Shown here: in pieces, positions 1 to 12,616 of the stretch | How positions within the stretch are numbered: position 1 is the stretch's first letter | Layout of the letters: each line of letters opens with the position of its first letter | Made by a program: the position numbers and the translations under genes | NCBI RefSeq assembly: GCF_001194135.2 | Contig: NC_068992.1 | Span: 1,975,981-2,022,820 of the forward strand | DNA length: 46,840 nucleotides | Source: Octopus bimaculoides | Lineage: Eukaryota | Direction: 5' to 3' | Notes under the pieces: model-generated | Database searches by the model: none | Told to the model about the DNA's origin: nothing | Seen by the model: the letters and a program-made list of their open reading frames with translations, nothing else

Positions 1-360
1 CTTTTCTGGGCAACCAATTTTCCCCAGAATTAGCCACAGAGCACTTCGATTAACAGTATCGAATGCTTTGCTCAAATCAACAAAGCAATGGTACAGAGCA
101 AGATTCTGTTCAATGCACTTCTCCTGTAATTGTCTGACAGTAAAGATACAATCAGCTGTGCCCCTGGAGGAACGAAAACCACACTGAGACTCAGACACCA
201 TACTTGGAACTATAAAGGTATTTAAACGTTCTAACAAAATGCGGGCGAGCACCTTTCCAACCACAGACAAAAGGGAAATCCCACGAAAATTACCACACAT
301 ATCCTTTGGCCCCGATTTATATAAGGAGACAAGAATGGCATCAATCCAGTCTTGAGGCAC
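1..360 (-). mobile_element. RTE-clade LINE, reverse transcriptase N-terminal part; 5'-truncated, runs off the window start
   Basis: My translation of the minus strand 360->1 is 120 codons with no stop: VPQDWIDAILVSLYKSGPKDMCGNFRGISLLSVVGKVLARILLERL...ESQCGFRSSRGTADCIFTVRQLQEKCIEQN...FVDLSKAFDTVNRSALW...GCPEK. These are non-LTR RT motifs (NxRGISLL, QxGFR, FVDxxKAFD, GCP) typical of RTE. Absent from the ORF track because no stop lies inside the window. Confidence 0.92.
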
Positions 361-882
361 TTATATATATATACATGTATGTATGCATACATGCATACAA
401 GCATACACACATACGCATACGTCCATGCATACATACATGCATACACGCATACATAAATAAATAAATACATACATCCATATCAGTTAAATACAGATTTTGC
501 TCGCCCCCACATTTATCGGTGTCCTTTGTTCATTCAACATCTTTTGTTGTATTAAATGTATTTTAAAACAATTAGGTGAATATACAGCACTTACATATTT
601 ACAGTTATACGCATGCACGTACGAAATATATACGTGTATACGTAATTATGTGATTATGTGTGCGTATTATATGTATATAAGTACATAACAACTTGTTGAT
701 AAATGTGTATAGGTACATGAATTAATGATGGTGCCTGTATACGCATAATATATATATATATATGTATATATATATGAAAGAGAGAGAATCAGATACATAC
801 ATACATTCATAGATACATACATATTAATGCATATGTACATTCGCACAAGGACACACAGACATACGCACATACACGTGTATAC

Positions 883-913
<31 letters not shown>

Positions 914-1110
914 ATGTACATATAGATGAATACATATGTAGCTACATACAATATATACAATAAATATATACAATATCTAATAAATATACATACATAGGTA
1001 TGTACGTATAATGTATGAAGATACATAAATGTATGTTATATATGTATAAAGAGAGAGATGCGCATAAATTATTTTACCTGTAAATGTATGTATGTATGTA
1101 TATATATTTG
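361..1110. repeat. Degenerate (TA)n/(TACA)n/(TG)n microsatellite field
   Basis: Dinucleotide and tetranucleotide repeats read directly; source of the YI/YM-rich pseudo-ORFs. Confidence 0.85.
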
Positions 1111-1235
1111 TGAGCGTGTATACGTGTATGTTCACAAGTCTTTTAGATACTCACTCACTAACACAGCTGTATAATTATGTATAAATATCCGTAAGTATTC
1201 TTGTATGCATATAATTCATAGGATTGAGTTTCGTT

Positions 1236-1266
<31 letters not shown>

Positions 1267-3540
1267 TCAATACACACGTAATAAATACTAGCTTTCATCT
1301 TTTGATATGTCCGTTCATGTTTCGAATTCTATTTCAATATTTAATTGGATATAAACTTAATTATGTGCACCTAGCGTGCTACTCCATAATTCATTCGCTC
1401 ATTCAGACATCAGTTTTCTCCGGCTAGCTTCAATCTCATCCGGGCTCCCGCTTCTGTCTGCTGACGATCATTGGTCGACGCTGATAGAAACCAAGAAACT
1501 ACTCAGCACCGCCTTGGTTTCCACCAGATCTGTACTCGTATGCTATTTCTATATTGCTCTGTGGTGACACAATGATGGTTCACGAGCGAGAGAAATGCCT
1601 GGCAGGTTTGATGAAGGTGATTAGAATGCTGGAAAGGAGAAGGCTGGGGGTTGTGATACGCTTATAACATTGATGGAACCTGGTCTGCACTTAGTGCTCT
1701 GTTTACTGTTCTAAGTCTGCTTTGAAAGAACTGATCTGCAAATCATAAAGATTATATTAACTAAAGCTGAGAAAAAAGTATTCTCGGTAGGAAATAAGAA
1801 AGAATTTAAGTTCCTTTTTGATGTATGAGGCAGTCTGAGATTTTTTACGTCTTATTAGTAAATCAGTCTATAAACGGAATCATAATGTTCGATGTATTTT
1901 CCCCAAGACTGTTGTTAAGTGATACAGGTTAAAGATGGAGTATTTTTTTAAAGAAATTATAGGAATGAGTTGATAATTGTTGATCTAATTGTAGATCAGA
2001 TGCGGATATTATTAAATATACTCGTTAGACCGATGATTAATGTGAAGTATGTATTTCTTTGAACAGAATGTATAACTTGAAAGCATTTTAAATATAAGTT
2101 TCTCTTCCATTCAATTTTGCTAAGTCCTGCGCAAATATGAACAACTTAATTATAATATTAGCAACAATAACTGAACCTTTGAAATTTCGTAGATTTAATA
2201 ACGCATCATCGGCTGAAGATATCAGTCATATTGAAACAAAGAAGTAGAAGTGATAACAAAATAAGCAAAAGAGAAATAGAGGGTAAAAGCAGAGTTTTGC
2301 ATGTGTGTGAATTTCACACAATGTAAAGAGTTAATAGTTAAACGTGGATATCGCTTTATTTTATAGGTTACAACAAATTAACGTTGTTTCATATATTTCG
2401 GCGATAAACAAAGCAGTTTCTCGTTGCAATATCGAAAACAGAAATATATTGCCTGCTCGAATTTTGAATGATTTATTATATTAAAAGTTATAATTAGGTT
2501 TAGCTATTTACACATCAAAAATTAAATTAAGACTGACAATTTTTGAACAATTATGATCGCTTAAGACATGTTTTCGAACAAGACCTCCTGGTGTTTTATA
2601 AAATATACACTTCATTAAATTAATGTTTAACCAAATATTGTTCTCATAAAGAAATTTAAATGGGACTAACAGAGGAGGTTTAATGACATAGTATCTGTGA
2701 ATTGATTGGCTGGATAGAATTTTACGGTTCAAACGCTCAATAAACCTTAAACTGCGTATTTGGAGATGGCAACTTGACGTAGCGTAACTCAATTCACATT
2801 CTCTGACAGTTGCAGAACCACCATTTCATGGAATAATTCCTTCGAGACAGCATTTTATACAATGCTGGAAAGATGGATTTCTCAACTGATTAAATTGTGA
2901 AAGCAAAGGTAAATAAGTCAGTTCTATGAGTTATTTCAGCACCTGCAGACATTGATATATTTACACAATAATATATTTATATAACATTATATTTATAGGA
3001 TAATATATTAACAACAGCCATTAATATCACGTTGCAGCATGGGAAGTAACAAGTGGGCGTGATCCAAGATGGTGTTCAGAAAGCTGGTTTCAGGGTGCAA
3101 CTTTATTGTCTATATTAATCTTCTGTGTTGAATTAATGAGTTGGCAATCCGAATTAATGCTTTAATGATTGCTATGGCTGTTGGCATCTACACAGTCCGA
3201 TAAAAGAAAATGGCTGACGGCAGAGTAAGCAAAATTCTCGAAGAATTATTATAAAAGACAGCATCGCTTAACTACGAGATTAGTAAATCATTATATTACA
3301 TCCCTATCTGATATGAAATTATTTCAATTATTATTTATTTGTGAAAGAAGTGCGTAATGTAGTCTGGCAGACTAGTAAGTTTGCTGTGGTTGGCGTTTTG
3401 AAAATCTAGAGGTGAACATCGTCAGGGAAAATGCAAACACGGAAGGTATTCCAAAATAATCCGCTGAGGAGGAAAGTTTAAGAGATGTGTATAGGGTACA
3501 GTTTTAGTTTGAATGTTGCATAATAGATACGTAGTCTTTT

Positions 3541-3765
3541 TTTTTTTACTGCCCACAAGGTGCTACACACAGAGGGGACTAACAAGGACAGAAAAAAGGG
3601 ATTAACTTGATTACATGGACCCCAGTAATGGTACTTATTTAATCGACCCCGAAAGGATGAAAGGCTCAGTCAACCTCGGTGGCATTTGAACTCAGAAAGT
3701 AACGGTAGACGAAATACCGCTAAGCATTTCGCCCGGCGTGCTAACCACTCTGCCAGCTCGACGCC
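3541..3765 (-). mobile_element. tRNA-derived SINE, family A (GGCGxCGAGCTGGCAGA head), near full length
   Basis: Reverse complement reads GGCGTCGAGCTGGCAGAGTGGTTAGCACGCCGGGCGAAATGCTTAGCGGTATTTCG...CTGAGTTCAAATGCC...CCTTTCATCCTTTCGGGGTCGATTAAATAAGTACC with an A-rich tail. Homologous to 12401-12616 and 15021-15231. Confidence 0.85.
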
Positions 3766-5437
3766 CTATGTATTCTTTGTACTCTGCTGATTGTCATCCA
3801 ATGGATATTACAAGAAGACCAATAGCCAGGTGAATTCGTCGAAATCGATATGGCTGAGCGGGAGGAGTGTATAGCGAGCAATTTCAAGTTGAAATAGCAA
3901 GACTCACATGTGCATAAATGTGGTGTCTTTTATTATGGCTCGGTATCGGCAAATGTTATTTAAATATGTAAGATCGCCATCAGAAATCAACAGACATTAT
4001 TTGTTGTATTTTTCTAGTGACATTCAAGACTTCATTTCGTATCTTCAGGATCGGGATGGGCAAGAAACACATAATCGTTTTCTTGGTATGTAGAGGAGCA
4101 GGATGCTTGATCTCTTAAGAGATGAAGTTGAAAGGATTCCGTTGAAAAAAACCTTCCAAGCTATCCGTTCATAGATTCAGTGAATTTCTGGCGTGGGGAA
4201 GCTTAGATTGTTTACAGCAAGTTCATAGATTAAATGAGATAAGGATATACATCATAGAAAGACAGAATGAACTCAGCGGAGCAAGAGAATACACGAGGAC
4301 GAACAGTGTCACTAAAGAGGTTAGAGGTGTGTGACGAAAGATCTTCGGACAACGTCCATCAGTAAAAAAATAAAAGGCAGTAATAAATATTTATTTAGAA
4401 GACCAGTAATAAATGAATGAAGAACGAATATATGGTGCGTGTGTTTATTTAGCAAGAGAAAATGACCATCCAGAAATATAACACACAGTAAGGAATCTTA
4501 CAACACAAATTCACAACTTAATACGTTCATCTTTCTGAAATACTGTTTGTTTTATCTCTTATTGTATTTATTTACTTTTTTCGCAATTTCATCTTGTTCG
4601 TAATTGTATAATATTGAGTTATATTAGTGGTGCCGCAATAGTGATTTAAAGAACATCGAGCCTGCATTGTTATCTGGATGTTATAAAATTTTACCGGGTT
4701 TTACAGAAGCAGATGGCTGCACGTTATTCTTTATACAAATAGTAACACTTCGGTAGTGGAAATGCAGCTGCACTATAGAAAACAAGAGATTGCTTCTGAA
4801 TACAATTATTATGCATGCAGCAGCAACCATTCTAATTGCTAAAAAAATCTGCCTTGCCATTAAGATAGATAAATAGTAAATACATCAACTGTAAACTCGG
4901 CTCCCTTAACACACTTGCTTATTAGTAGCATTATGGTTTGAGATAGAAGTCAAGATTAAACTTCAAGATTCAAATCTGAATTTGTCGATTCCTTAAAATC
5001 GTGAAATACATATTTAATGAGAGTTATAGTCAAGAAAATACCTCACCTTAGATTTATGGATTTCTTTTCTTTCTTATTGTTTTCTACCTTCCTTCACGTT
5101 GATGGTAATGGTGAGCACATTCTGATCCTTTGACTCATAAAGACGACAACGAGCGACGTACGTTCTTGAAATGTCCATATAATTATCTTTCTTTGGGAAC
5201 TCACATATGTGGCATTACCAAAACTGCATCACACTGGTTGTTACTACCTCTCTTCAGAACCTCAGGAAATTCTGAAACTGAATAGAGCCCTGCTAACGAT
5301 AAGCACACATAAGTTCCAGAAAGCATATGTACGAAGAGCATTCATCCATATAGCAATGATTCAATCACAAATATACACCAGTGTACACAGTTCTTGAGCA
5401 AGTTGTTTCATCCCGCTGTTTTTTTTTGCATATCATT

Positions 5438-5668
5438 ATGTGCATATGTCTTTGTGTCTTTGTTTCTCCACCATCACCACTTGATGACTGGTGTTGTTGT
5501 GTTTACGTCCCCGTAACTAGCGGTTCGGCAAAACATGTCGACAGTATATGAATTAGTCTCTTAGGTAAAACATTTAAAAAAAGAGTACTCACGTCGATTC
5601 GTTCGACCAAAATCTTTTAAGCCGGTGCTCCAGCATGGCTGCAGTCTAATAACTAATTCAAATAAAAG
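5438..5668 (+). mobile_element. SINE family B, 3' half (diverged)
   Basis: GTGTTTACGTCCCCGTAACTAGCGGTTCGGCAAAA...GGTGCTCCAGCATGGCTGCAGTC matches the 3' half of 15347-15717. Confidence 0.75.
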
Positions 5669-5830
5669 GTGCGAGATTGAAAAAATATATACATGTATGT
5701 ATATGCATGTGTTTATATTTATATAATAATAAAAGGTTCAAATTAATTAATTAATCAAGTAATAATTTATTTTACCAAGTAGATCGGTATGTTAAAATAA
5801 CCTTTATAGGTAATATTATGCACATATTCT

Positions 5831-5988
5831 ATAATTATAATTAGGTGTCAGCTAATTGCTTCACCACATACCGAATTTAGAAATAAGAGTTAAAAATTCC
5901 TTTTCTGGTAGTAGAAAAGGAATTTTTAACTCTTATCTCTAAATTCGGTATGTGGTGAAGCAATTAGCTGACCCCTAATTATAATTAT
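5831..5988. repeat. Near-perfect palindrome, 76-bp arms (74/76 identical), 6-nt spacer; possible fold-back MITE
   Basis: 5831-5906 versus reverse complement of 5913-5988 differ at only two positions; spacer GGTAGT. Confidence 0.9.
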
Positions 5989-7724
5989 GTTGATAATTAT
6001 AAAATATGTGTGTGTGTGTGTGTGTGCGCGCGCGTGCGTTTGTGTATATTTATATATATATCTGTAAATATATGTGTGTATATATATACACACACACACA
6101 TATACACACATGTATGTGTGTAAGTATGTAACTATATTATTCGTAGTTTCGAATAGAAAGCGCCAATTAGACTTACATGTATTAAGTATTTTTACCTCCC
6201 CATCATTAAATATAGACACATACACCCATAAACGCATACACCGGCGTACACAAACATATCGCAAGCGCAAGACACGGCCTCTTATACGCCTACATGTATA
6301 CTTAAATACACATAAACTTCACTTCCAACTATTCATATTAGATTTTAGCACTACACCTCTGATCGCTTGTAAAATTTTCACAAATGTCAACAAAATCTCT
6401 TTCGCGTTTAATATATGTTGCTGTTGTTTATGTCCGTGAGAGTTTCTAGTAATCTTTGTATTAATTTCATCATAACAAAATACACGCCTTTTTGCCCCAT
6501 GTCAGCCCTGGTCACCTAAATCAGATTAAAGATGTTTCTGCCATAATTCCGCTTTATATTTTGACAAACACCGCTTATTTAAAGATAAGAGTGTGATTTT
6601 TAATAAAAGCATTGGAAAATATGCCCCATCTTCAGTCGATAGTCATCAAATAAAAAAAAATAAGATGTTAATTTTTTAAGAGAGAAAAATAGTCGGTGAA
6701 CAACGCGTTGATACTAATCTTTAGGAGAGAGTTTTATGAAGTTAGATCTCAACAGATTAATAGGTGTTTTGTTAATCTGTTCGCTGATATATTTTTGTGG
6801 TCAATGCTTATATTTTTCAGTATAAACAAATACTTAATGAATAACAATAGGATTAAATCGATTTCGTTTTCATTATTTACACACATTTACATATATTTAT
6901 GTACATACATGCACAGATGCACATACGCATACATACGTAGATATTTGCATGTATATATATAAATGTATAATTATGCAAATGCATGTGTGTGTATGTGTGT
7001 GTGAGCAACTTTCGCTAAGAGTTCGTCTGTGAAATTTCATTCAGATATTCACAAACTATTCGTCAAGCTTAAGTCACATTGGAAGTCTTCTTTTTTACCT
7101 TGACAGCGAACTACAAACAATTTTTTTACATAACATAGATTGCTTTTGCAGAAACTAGTACGATGCCATTGCACCCGGGGGCATGTGAGTACGTTTGCAT
7201 GTATATTCATGTACATGGTTATATGCATATAAGAATGTGTATACATGTATGCCTGTAAATTTGATAGAAAACACGTGATCAGCTCCATCTCAAGAAAACT
7301 AAAAGTGTTAATCAGAATCATATCGACTCATGTTATGCAGAGATGGATTAAGATTATTATGGAACAGATTAAGAATATGAAATGGCAGTGGTAATAGGAA
7401 ATAATTAGCTTCTTTGTAATCTAAGTGGAAGACACATATTTCTAGGCGGCTTAATCATCGAAGGATTCAATTAGTATTTGCTTGTATCGATCCATATTAA
7501 ATGTTACTACGACCGTCTTAACACATATCGAAGTGAGCTGCCAGATAAATCCACACACTATTTACATGCAAACACATGCACACGTATACATACGCATAAA
7601 AACAAACGGATACATGAAGGCATGTATGATATATATATATATATATATACACATATGTACATATATATATATATATGTACATATATGCATGTGTGTATAC
7701 ATATATGTGTATATGTATATATAT

Positions 7725-7734
7725 NNNNNNNNNN
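7725..7734. other. Assembly gap (10 N) within a (TA)n tract
   Basis: N run. Confidence 1.
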
Positions 7735-7774
7735 TGTATGTGTGTGCTGTTCGTGTGTGTGCGTGTATGGGGGC

Positions 7775-7805
<31 letters not shown>

Positions 7806-8167
7806 CACACACATATATATATGGGAGAGAGTTATGTATATATTTATTTATTTGTAGGTGTGTATTTTTTTTTCTGTGGTCATATTTTTATGCGTGTATG
7901 TATGTATATACGAAGAAATGTGTAAGTGGGTGTATAACTGTTGGCGTGTTTGGATCATATCTAACTGCTAACTATTTGTTTTTTTATGTTTTTTTACTAT
8001 AAATAATATTAACCTATTTATTTTTGATTTATTTATGATGTTTGCAAGCAGATTCGAGAAGGATGAACGCTCTGACACCAACCAAAACAACTCCTAACTT
8101 TTAGTCATCTAATTTATGCGTGTGTGCGTCAGAGTAAACCAGAAAACAGTGTACTCAATAATGCTCT

Positions 8168-8170
8168 TTC

Positions 8171-8215
<45 letters not shown>

Positions 8216-8315
8216 TTCTACGTATATATCTACACATATGTATATATATATATATATATATATCAATCTATAATTTTACATATATATATACAAGAACTTT
8301 TATATTTATATGTGC

Positions 8316-8360
<45 letters not shown>

Positions 8361-8400
8361 TTATATATTATATATTCACATACATATTCATTCATATAGA
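8168..8400. repeat. (CT)n followed by (TA)n microsatellites
   Basis: Read directly. Confidence 0.85.
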
Positions 8401-8688
8401 CACACAAACACCTGCTTGGTTGCGTAGGTGGCTCTATGCCTATAAATGTGCTTCTCTCGTAATTAACAATTCCATATCAATACGCAAGTATGTGTTTGTG
8501 CACGTGTGTGTATAATTGCATGTATATTGTGTGGGTTTTTTATAATAAAATATAGCAGCATGGCTTTTTTATCTCTATCTATCTATCTATCTATCTATTT
8601 ATATATATGTGTGTGTGTGTGTGTGTACGGAGAGAGAGAGAGGGAGAGAGAGACAGACAAACGGACGTACAGATGGACAGACAGACAA

Positions 8689-8689
<1 letters not shown>

Positions 8690-8740
<51 letters not shown>
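8690..8740. repeat. (GATA)n microsatellite
   Basis: Perfect tandem GATA array. Confidence 0.95.
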
Positions 8741-9325
8741 CGTTGTGAATGTGGAAAGTGAAACGGTACCAGTTGAAATTAGAATGAATGTACAACCTTG
8801 TATATATTCGCTCGTAAAATATGGCTGCCGTAGCATCCAATTAATTTGGTAGAAACTTTCATTATTTGAATTACCTTCTTCAATAAATTCATTCTAATTC
8901 AATTGCCAGCCTCTCACATTTTCCTCACTAAATACTTTCACCCGTAGATTTCGCCTTAAATAAATAGATGTTAACGATTTTTTCTTATAATTAGTTTAGT
9001 AATCATCATCATCGTCGCCATCATCATCACTTTATTTTTGTGCTTCTTTTTCTTCGACTTCTTTATATTGCCGAACGTCATCCCTATCATCATTACTTTC
9101 TTCTTCTTTTTCTTCTTCTTTTCTTCTCCTTCTTTATCACCATCATCATCATCATCACCATCATCAGCAGCAGCTGCAACAACAGCAGCAGCAGTAGCAA
9201 CAAAGTGCATTTTAGAGATGAGCCTTGATTCAATTCTTTATTTTTTCTGTTGCTTTTGTTTGGTTTATTTTTTTCAGTTTTTTTTTTTTTTTCTTGGGGT
9301 TGGGGTTCTTTTTTTTCTTTCCTAG

Positions 9326-9405
9326 TTAACGTGGAGGAGGGAAATTCCTGGGAATTAAATTTTTTGCGATTTATCGCTTCTGGTTTGTTATGCATTGAGA
9401 TTCAG
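9326..9405 (+). other. Candidate 80-nt exon (coding status unknown)
   Basis: Acceptor TTTTTTTTCTTTCCTAG (AG 9324-9325) and donor CAG|GTGAGT (9406). One frame is open (NVEEGNSWELNFLRFIASGLLCIEIQ). No recognisable homology. Confidence 0.25.
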
Positions 9406-9836
9406 GTGAGTTGATGGTCTCAGAAAGAAGTGTTTATTTCGATGCTTTTATATTGAGTAAACACTCAGGTTCTTTTTAGAAACGAGTGTTCTGGTTTAAT
9501 ACATCATGAAGTTCCCTTATTTTCCAGCTTCATAGAGTTGAGTAGCTTTTATATTTTTGTCAGAAACTCACGACAATTACGATGAGAAGATATGACCGGA
9601 GATATTGAGATGATTCATAAGATTATGCATTTATAAGTCACGTGGTTGATTAGCAACTCGAGGTCTTCCCAGAGATATACTGACATATTACCGGCCCTTC
9701 TTCATCACTGGAACGATGCCCGGTCGATATAGCTTAAAATGGTGGATGCCAGGTCTGCCGTTGCACGTGAGTTTCATGCCTTAGAGTCTAAGGATGCCTA
9801 AGGCTTAATTTCATAGTACAAACAAAGTGTTATAGA

Positions 9837-9839
<3 letters not shown>

Positions 9840-9882
<43 letters not shown>
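9840..9882. repeat. (TG)n microsatellite
   Basis: Read directly. Confidence 0.95.
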
Positions 9883-9885
<3 letters not shown>

Positions 9886-10859
9886 TTGGGTTTTGTCGTC
9901 GGTGTGTTGGTCCGTTCGTCTTTGAGTGTGTTGTAGGCACTGCTTATAATTCACATGAACTCAGTGGCCGGACGAGTGTTAATTTTTTCCCAGATACGAC
10001 GATAATTTCCTTTGGTGAGTTATATCTTTTTGAATGAATCACAATTGTTCTCATATCTGTTGGGCAGATTTCAAAGAAATTCGGATTATTCTTAATGTGT
10101 AATTTTACTGTAGTTTGACATCTCCAGCGATTTCTGAGAACGTTTGGTCTTAGTGTCTCTCTTAAAACATATATTTATTTTTCTATCTCTAATATTTAAC
10201 CGTTTTCTTCTGAGCAGATATTTATGTTTGGCAGGTGCTTATTTACTTTCATTTCTCCCTTATTTAGTTATTGGTTCCAAGTAGCTACCTGAACAAAGCA
10301 CTGTTCTTTAGGACAATTGTTTTTCTAAATATCTGAAGATGATAGTGCAACATGGTTGTTTAAAAGAATTCATTTGGCAAAGTTCCATTTGAATAGATTG
10401 TGTTTTGTTTGTAATTTTGCTATCTTTTGTCATATCGAAGAATTTCTATAATTTTTAAGAATTTGCTTTTGGTAAACGGACTCGAGCCTTATAGTCTGCA
10501 ATTATCGCATGCTGTTTCGTGTCTGCTTTCTGGTATTTATATATTTATTTAATTTTGTTGGCCATTACTTAACTGTTGTAAATTTTTCCTCTTGGAAATA
10601 TTTTTTTTTTTTCTTTCTATTTCTTTTGCAGTCAGTAACTGCTGCTGATAGAATTCTGCTCATGTTTATAAAGATTTGATTGTTTCTCTTCGCAATCAAT
10701 CATAGTAATATGATAATGAGCCGCACAGTGAGAGATTTCCTTTCGTATCCGAATATCTCTCAATTCAGTCTGTAAGCGGGGTTACATAAGCAGCGCAGGT
10801 GACTGCAGAAGTGTCGATCAGATGATTTATTATATCAAAGGTATTTAATTCAAAATTAA

Positions 10860-10920
10860 CGGTGCTCCAGCATGGCCACAGTCAAAAGACTGAAACAAGT
10901 AAAAGAGAAATAAAAGAGAA
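10860..10920 (+). mobile_element. SINE family B, 3' terminal stub
   Basis: GGTGCTCCAGCATGGCCACAGTCAAAAGACTGAAACAAGTAAAAGAGAAATAAAAGAG. Confidence 0.7.
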
Positions 10921-11052
10921 TAAACATACTTAAAGTAAATATATCATGGAATACCTTACTAACTGCGGTAATCGTTTCTGATCGTATCTCTTTTAGACGT
11001 ACAGTGCTAAAAAAAAGAAACAACAGTAACTGTGTGTGTGGGGGGGGGGCTT

Positions 11053-11251
11053 GTGTGTGTGTATGTTTGTGTGTTTGTCTCCCCAACATCACTTGACAAC
11101 CGATGCTGGTGTGTTTATGTCCCCGGAACCTAGCAATTCGGCAAACGTGACCGATAGAATAAGTACTAGGCTTACAAAGAATAAGTGACTATAGGCGGTG
11201 CTCCAGTATAGCCGCAGTTAAATGACTGGAACAAGTAAAAGAGTAAAAGAG
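11053..11251 (+). mobile_element. SINE family B, 3' half with internal deletion
   Basis: CCCCAACATCACTTGACAACCGATGCTGGTGTG...GATAGAATAAGTACTAGGCTTACAAAGAATAAGT|GACTATAGGCGGTGCTCC...AAGTAAAAGAGTAAAAGAG; lacks the CTGGGGTCGATTTGCT segment seen in other copies. Confidence 0.85.
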
Positions 11252-11627
11252 TTGCATGATAACAATTAAGATGCTGAAGTTTACAGAATTTGACCATCCT
11301 TAGTGTAAACAAAAGACAGGAAATGGATAGGAGAGGAAGTAATGTAGTTATGTTAAATGCGAAAAATATTTTTAAAGAATACATATGAAAATATAATATA
11401 ATATCATTTACGTGAATTTGTAAGGAACAGACAGCTGGGGATGTAAAGATTAAAATGAGGGATAGTTTTGAACTTCAGCTATTTTCGATTGGGGTTAAAA
11501 GGTGAAAAGATATCAAGGGATTAAATAAATATACTTACCTCACATACTTCCTGACATTTTATGAACTATACACTCCTCATGAAATAATTTCATCGACTAG
11601 ATTGCTTGGATTTTAGTTGCATAAAAT

Positions 11628-11866
11628 GGTAAAGACCCACTTCGGAAATGGATGACCATGGGATTGCGCCTACAAAGTTGCCCTCCGAAACACAAGTCCG
11701 GCCAAGGTTGTTTATGGAAGACCAGCAGTCACCCATGCTCCAAGTCACTGACGTTAACCAAGGGAAAGGCAAAGAGGCCGATACAGCTTGGCACCAGTGA
11801 CGTCACAACTTATTTCTACAGCTGAGCGAATGGGAGCAACGTGAAATAAAGTGTGTTGCATAGAAC
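11628..11866 (-). mobile_element. SINE-like interspersed repeat, family E (headless body)
   Basis: Reverse complement ...ACACTTTATTTCACGTTGCTCC...GCTGTAGAAAT...GTCACTGGTGCCAAGCTGTATCGGCC...CCCATGGTCATCC...GGGTCTTTACC resembles an octopus SINE body I recall. Single copy in this window. Confidence 0.55.
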
Positions 11867-12175
11867 TCTGCATTATACATCTCCATATTGAATTACTATG
11901 TGATATGATAGCCGGGTCCAGTAGAGGAGCTTTCTGTGATTACCATAGAATTTTTTTATTCAATATATTGCACTGGAAATTTACATGAGCAGTTATTCAC
12001 TTGTTTACATTTTTATTTAACTATTTTACTTCCTCTCTCATTCCTTTCTGTGTTTTTGTTAATATTAAGGATGGTCAATTCCTTGAACTTACATCCCTCA
12101 CCTTAAGTGATATGAAACACAAAATATATTTATTATTTATATGCAAAAAGGTGGCGAGCTGATGCTGTACCTGAG

Positions 12176-12265
12176 GACACTAGCCTAAGGTATCATGTAG
12201 TGCGACTGAACCCGGTACCACGTGGTTGGGAAGCTAACATTTTGTCATACAGCCACACCAACGCC
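12176..12265 (-). mobile_element. SINE family B head (diverged)
   Basis: Reverse complement aligns to the GGCGCAGGAGTGGCTGTGTGG...GGTTCAGTCCCACTGCGTGGCACCTTGGG head. Confidence 0.6.
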
Positions 12266-12400
12266 TAAAAGTGTATATGTATATATACGCGCATCTGTGT
12301 GTGTGAGGGAGTAGATATGCCTATGCATGTGCATCTCTTAGAAGCGTGATGGACAGAGACTGTAGTCTAAACAGTAAAGATAGACTTTACGCCATAAATA

Positions 12401-12616
12401 TTTTTCTACTCTAGACACAAAGCCCGAAATTTTGGGGGAGGGGGCCAGTCGATTAGATCGAGCAGCCCAGTACGCAACTGGTACGTAATTTATCGATCCA
12501 GAAAAGGATGAAAGGCAAAGTCGACCTCAGCGGAATTTGAACTTAAAACATAAAGACAGACGAAATACCGCTAAGCATTTCGCCCGGCGTGCGAACGTTT
12601 CTGCCAGCTCGCCGCC
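12401..12616 (-). mobile_element. SINE family A, full length
   Basis: Reverse complement begins GGCGGCGAGCTGGCAGAAACGTTCGCACGCCGGGCGAAATGC...AGTTCAAATTCCGCTGAGGTCGACTTTGCCTTTCATCC. Confidence 0.88.

Noticed and set aside
2212-2240. CTGAAGA...GAAAC hammerhead-like spacing
   Set aside because: No convincing stem II, no stem I or III, and no NUH site downstream.
2508-2900. 94-aa minus ORF and a plus-strand exon-like stretch (SWNNSFETAFYTMLERW)
   Set aside because: No recognisable motif; the plus frame ends in a stop before the donor; resemblance to the hAT TRWNS motif is too weak.
9900-10560. Possible old minus-strand LINE relic
   Set aside because: Only one vague peptide (HAIIADYKARVRLPK); all frames are riddled with stops.
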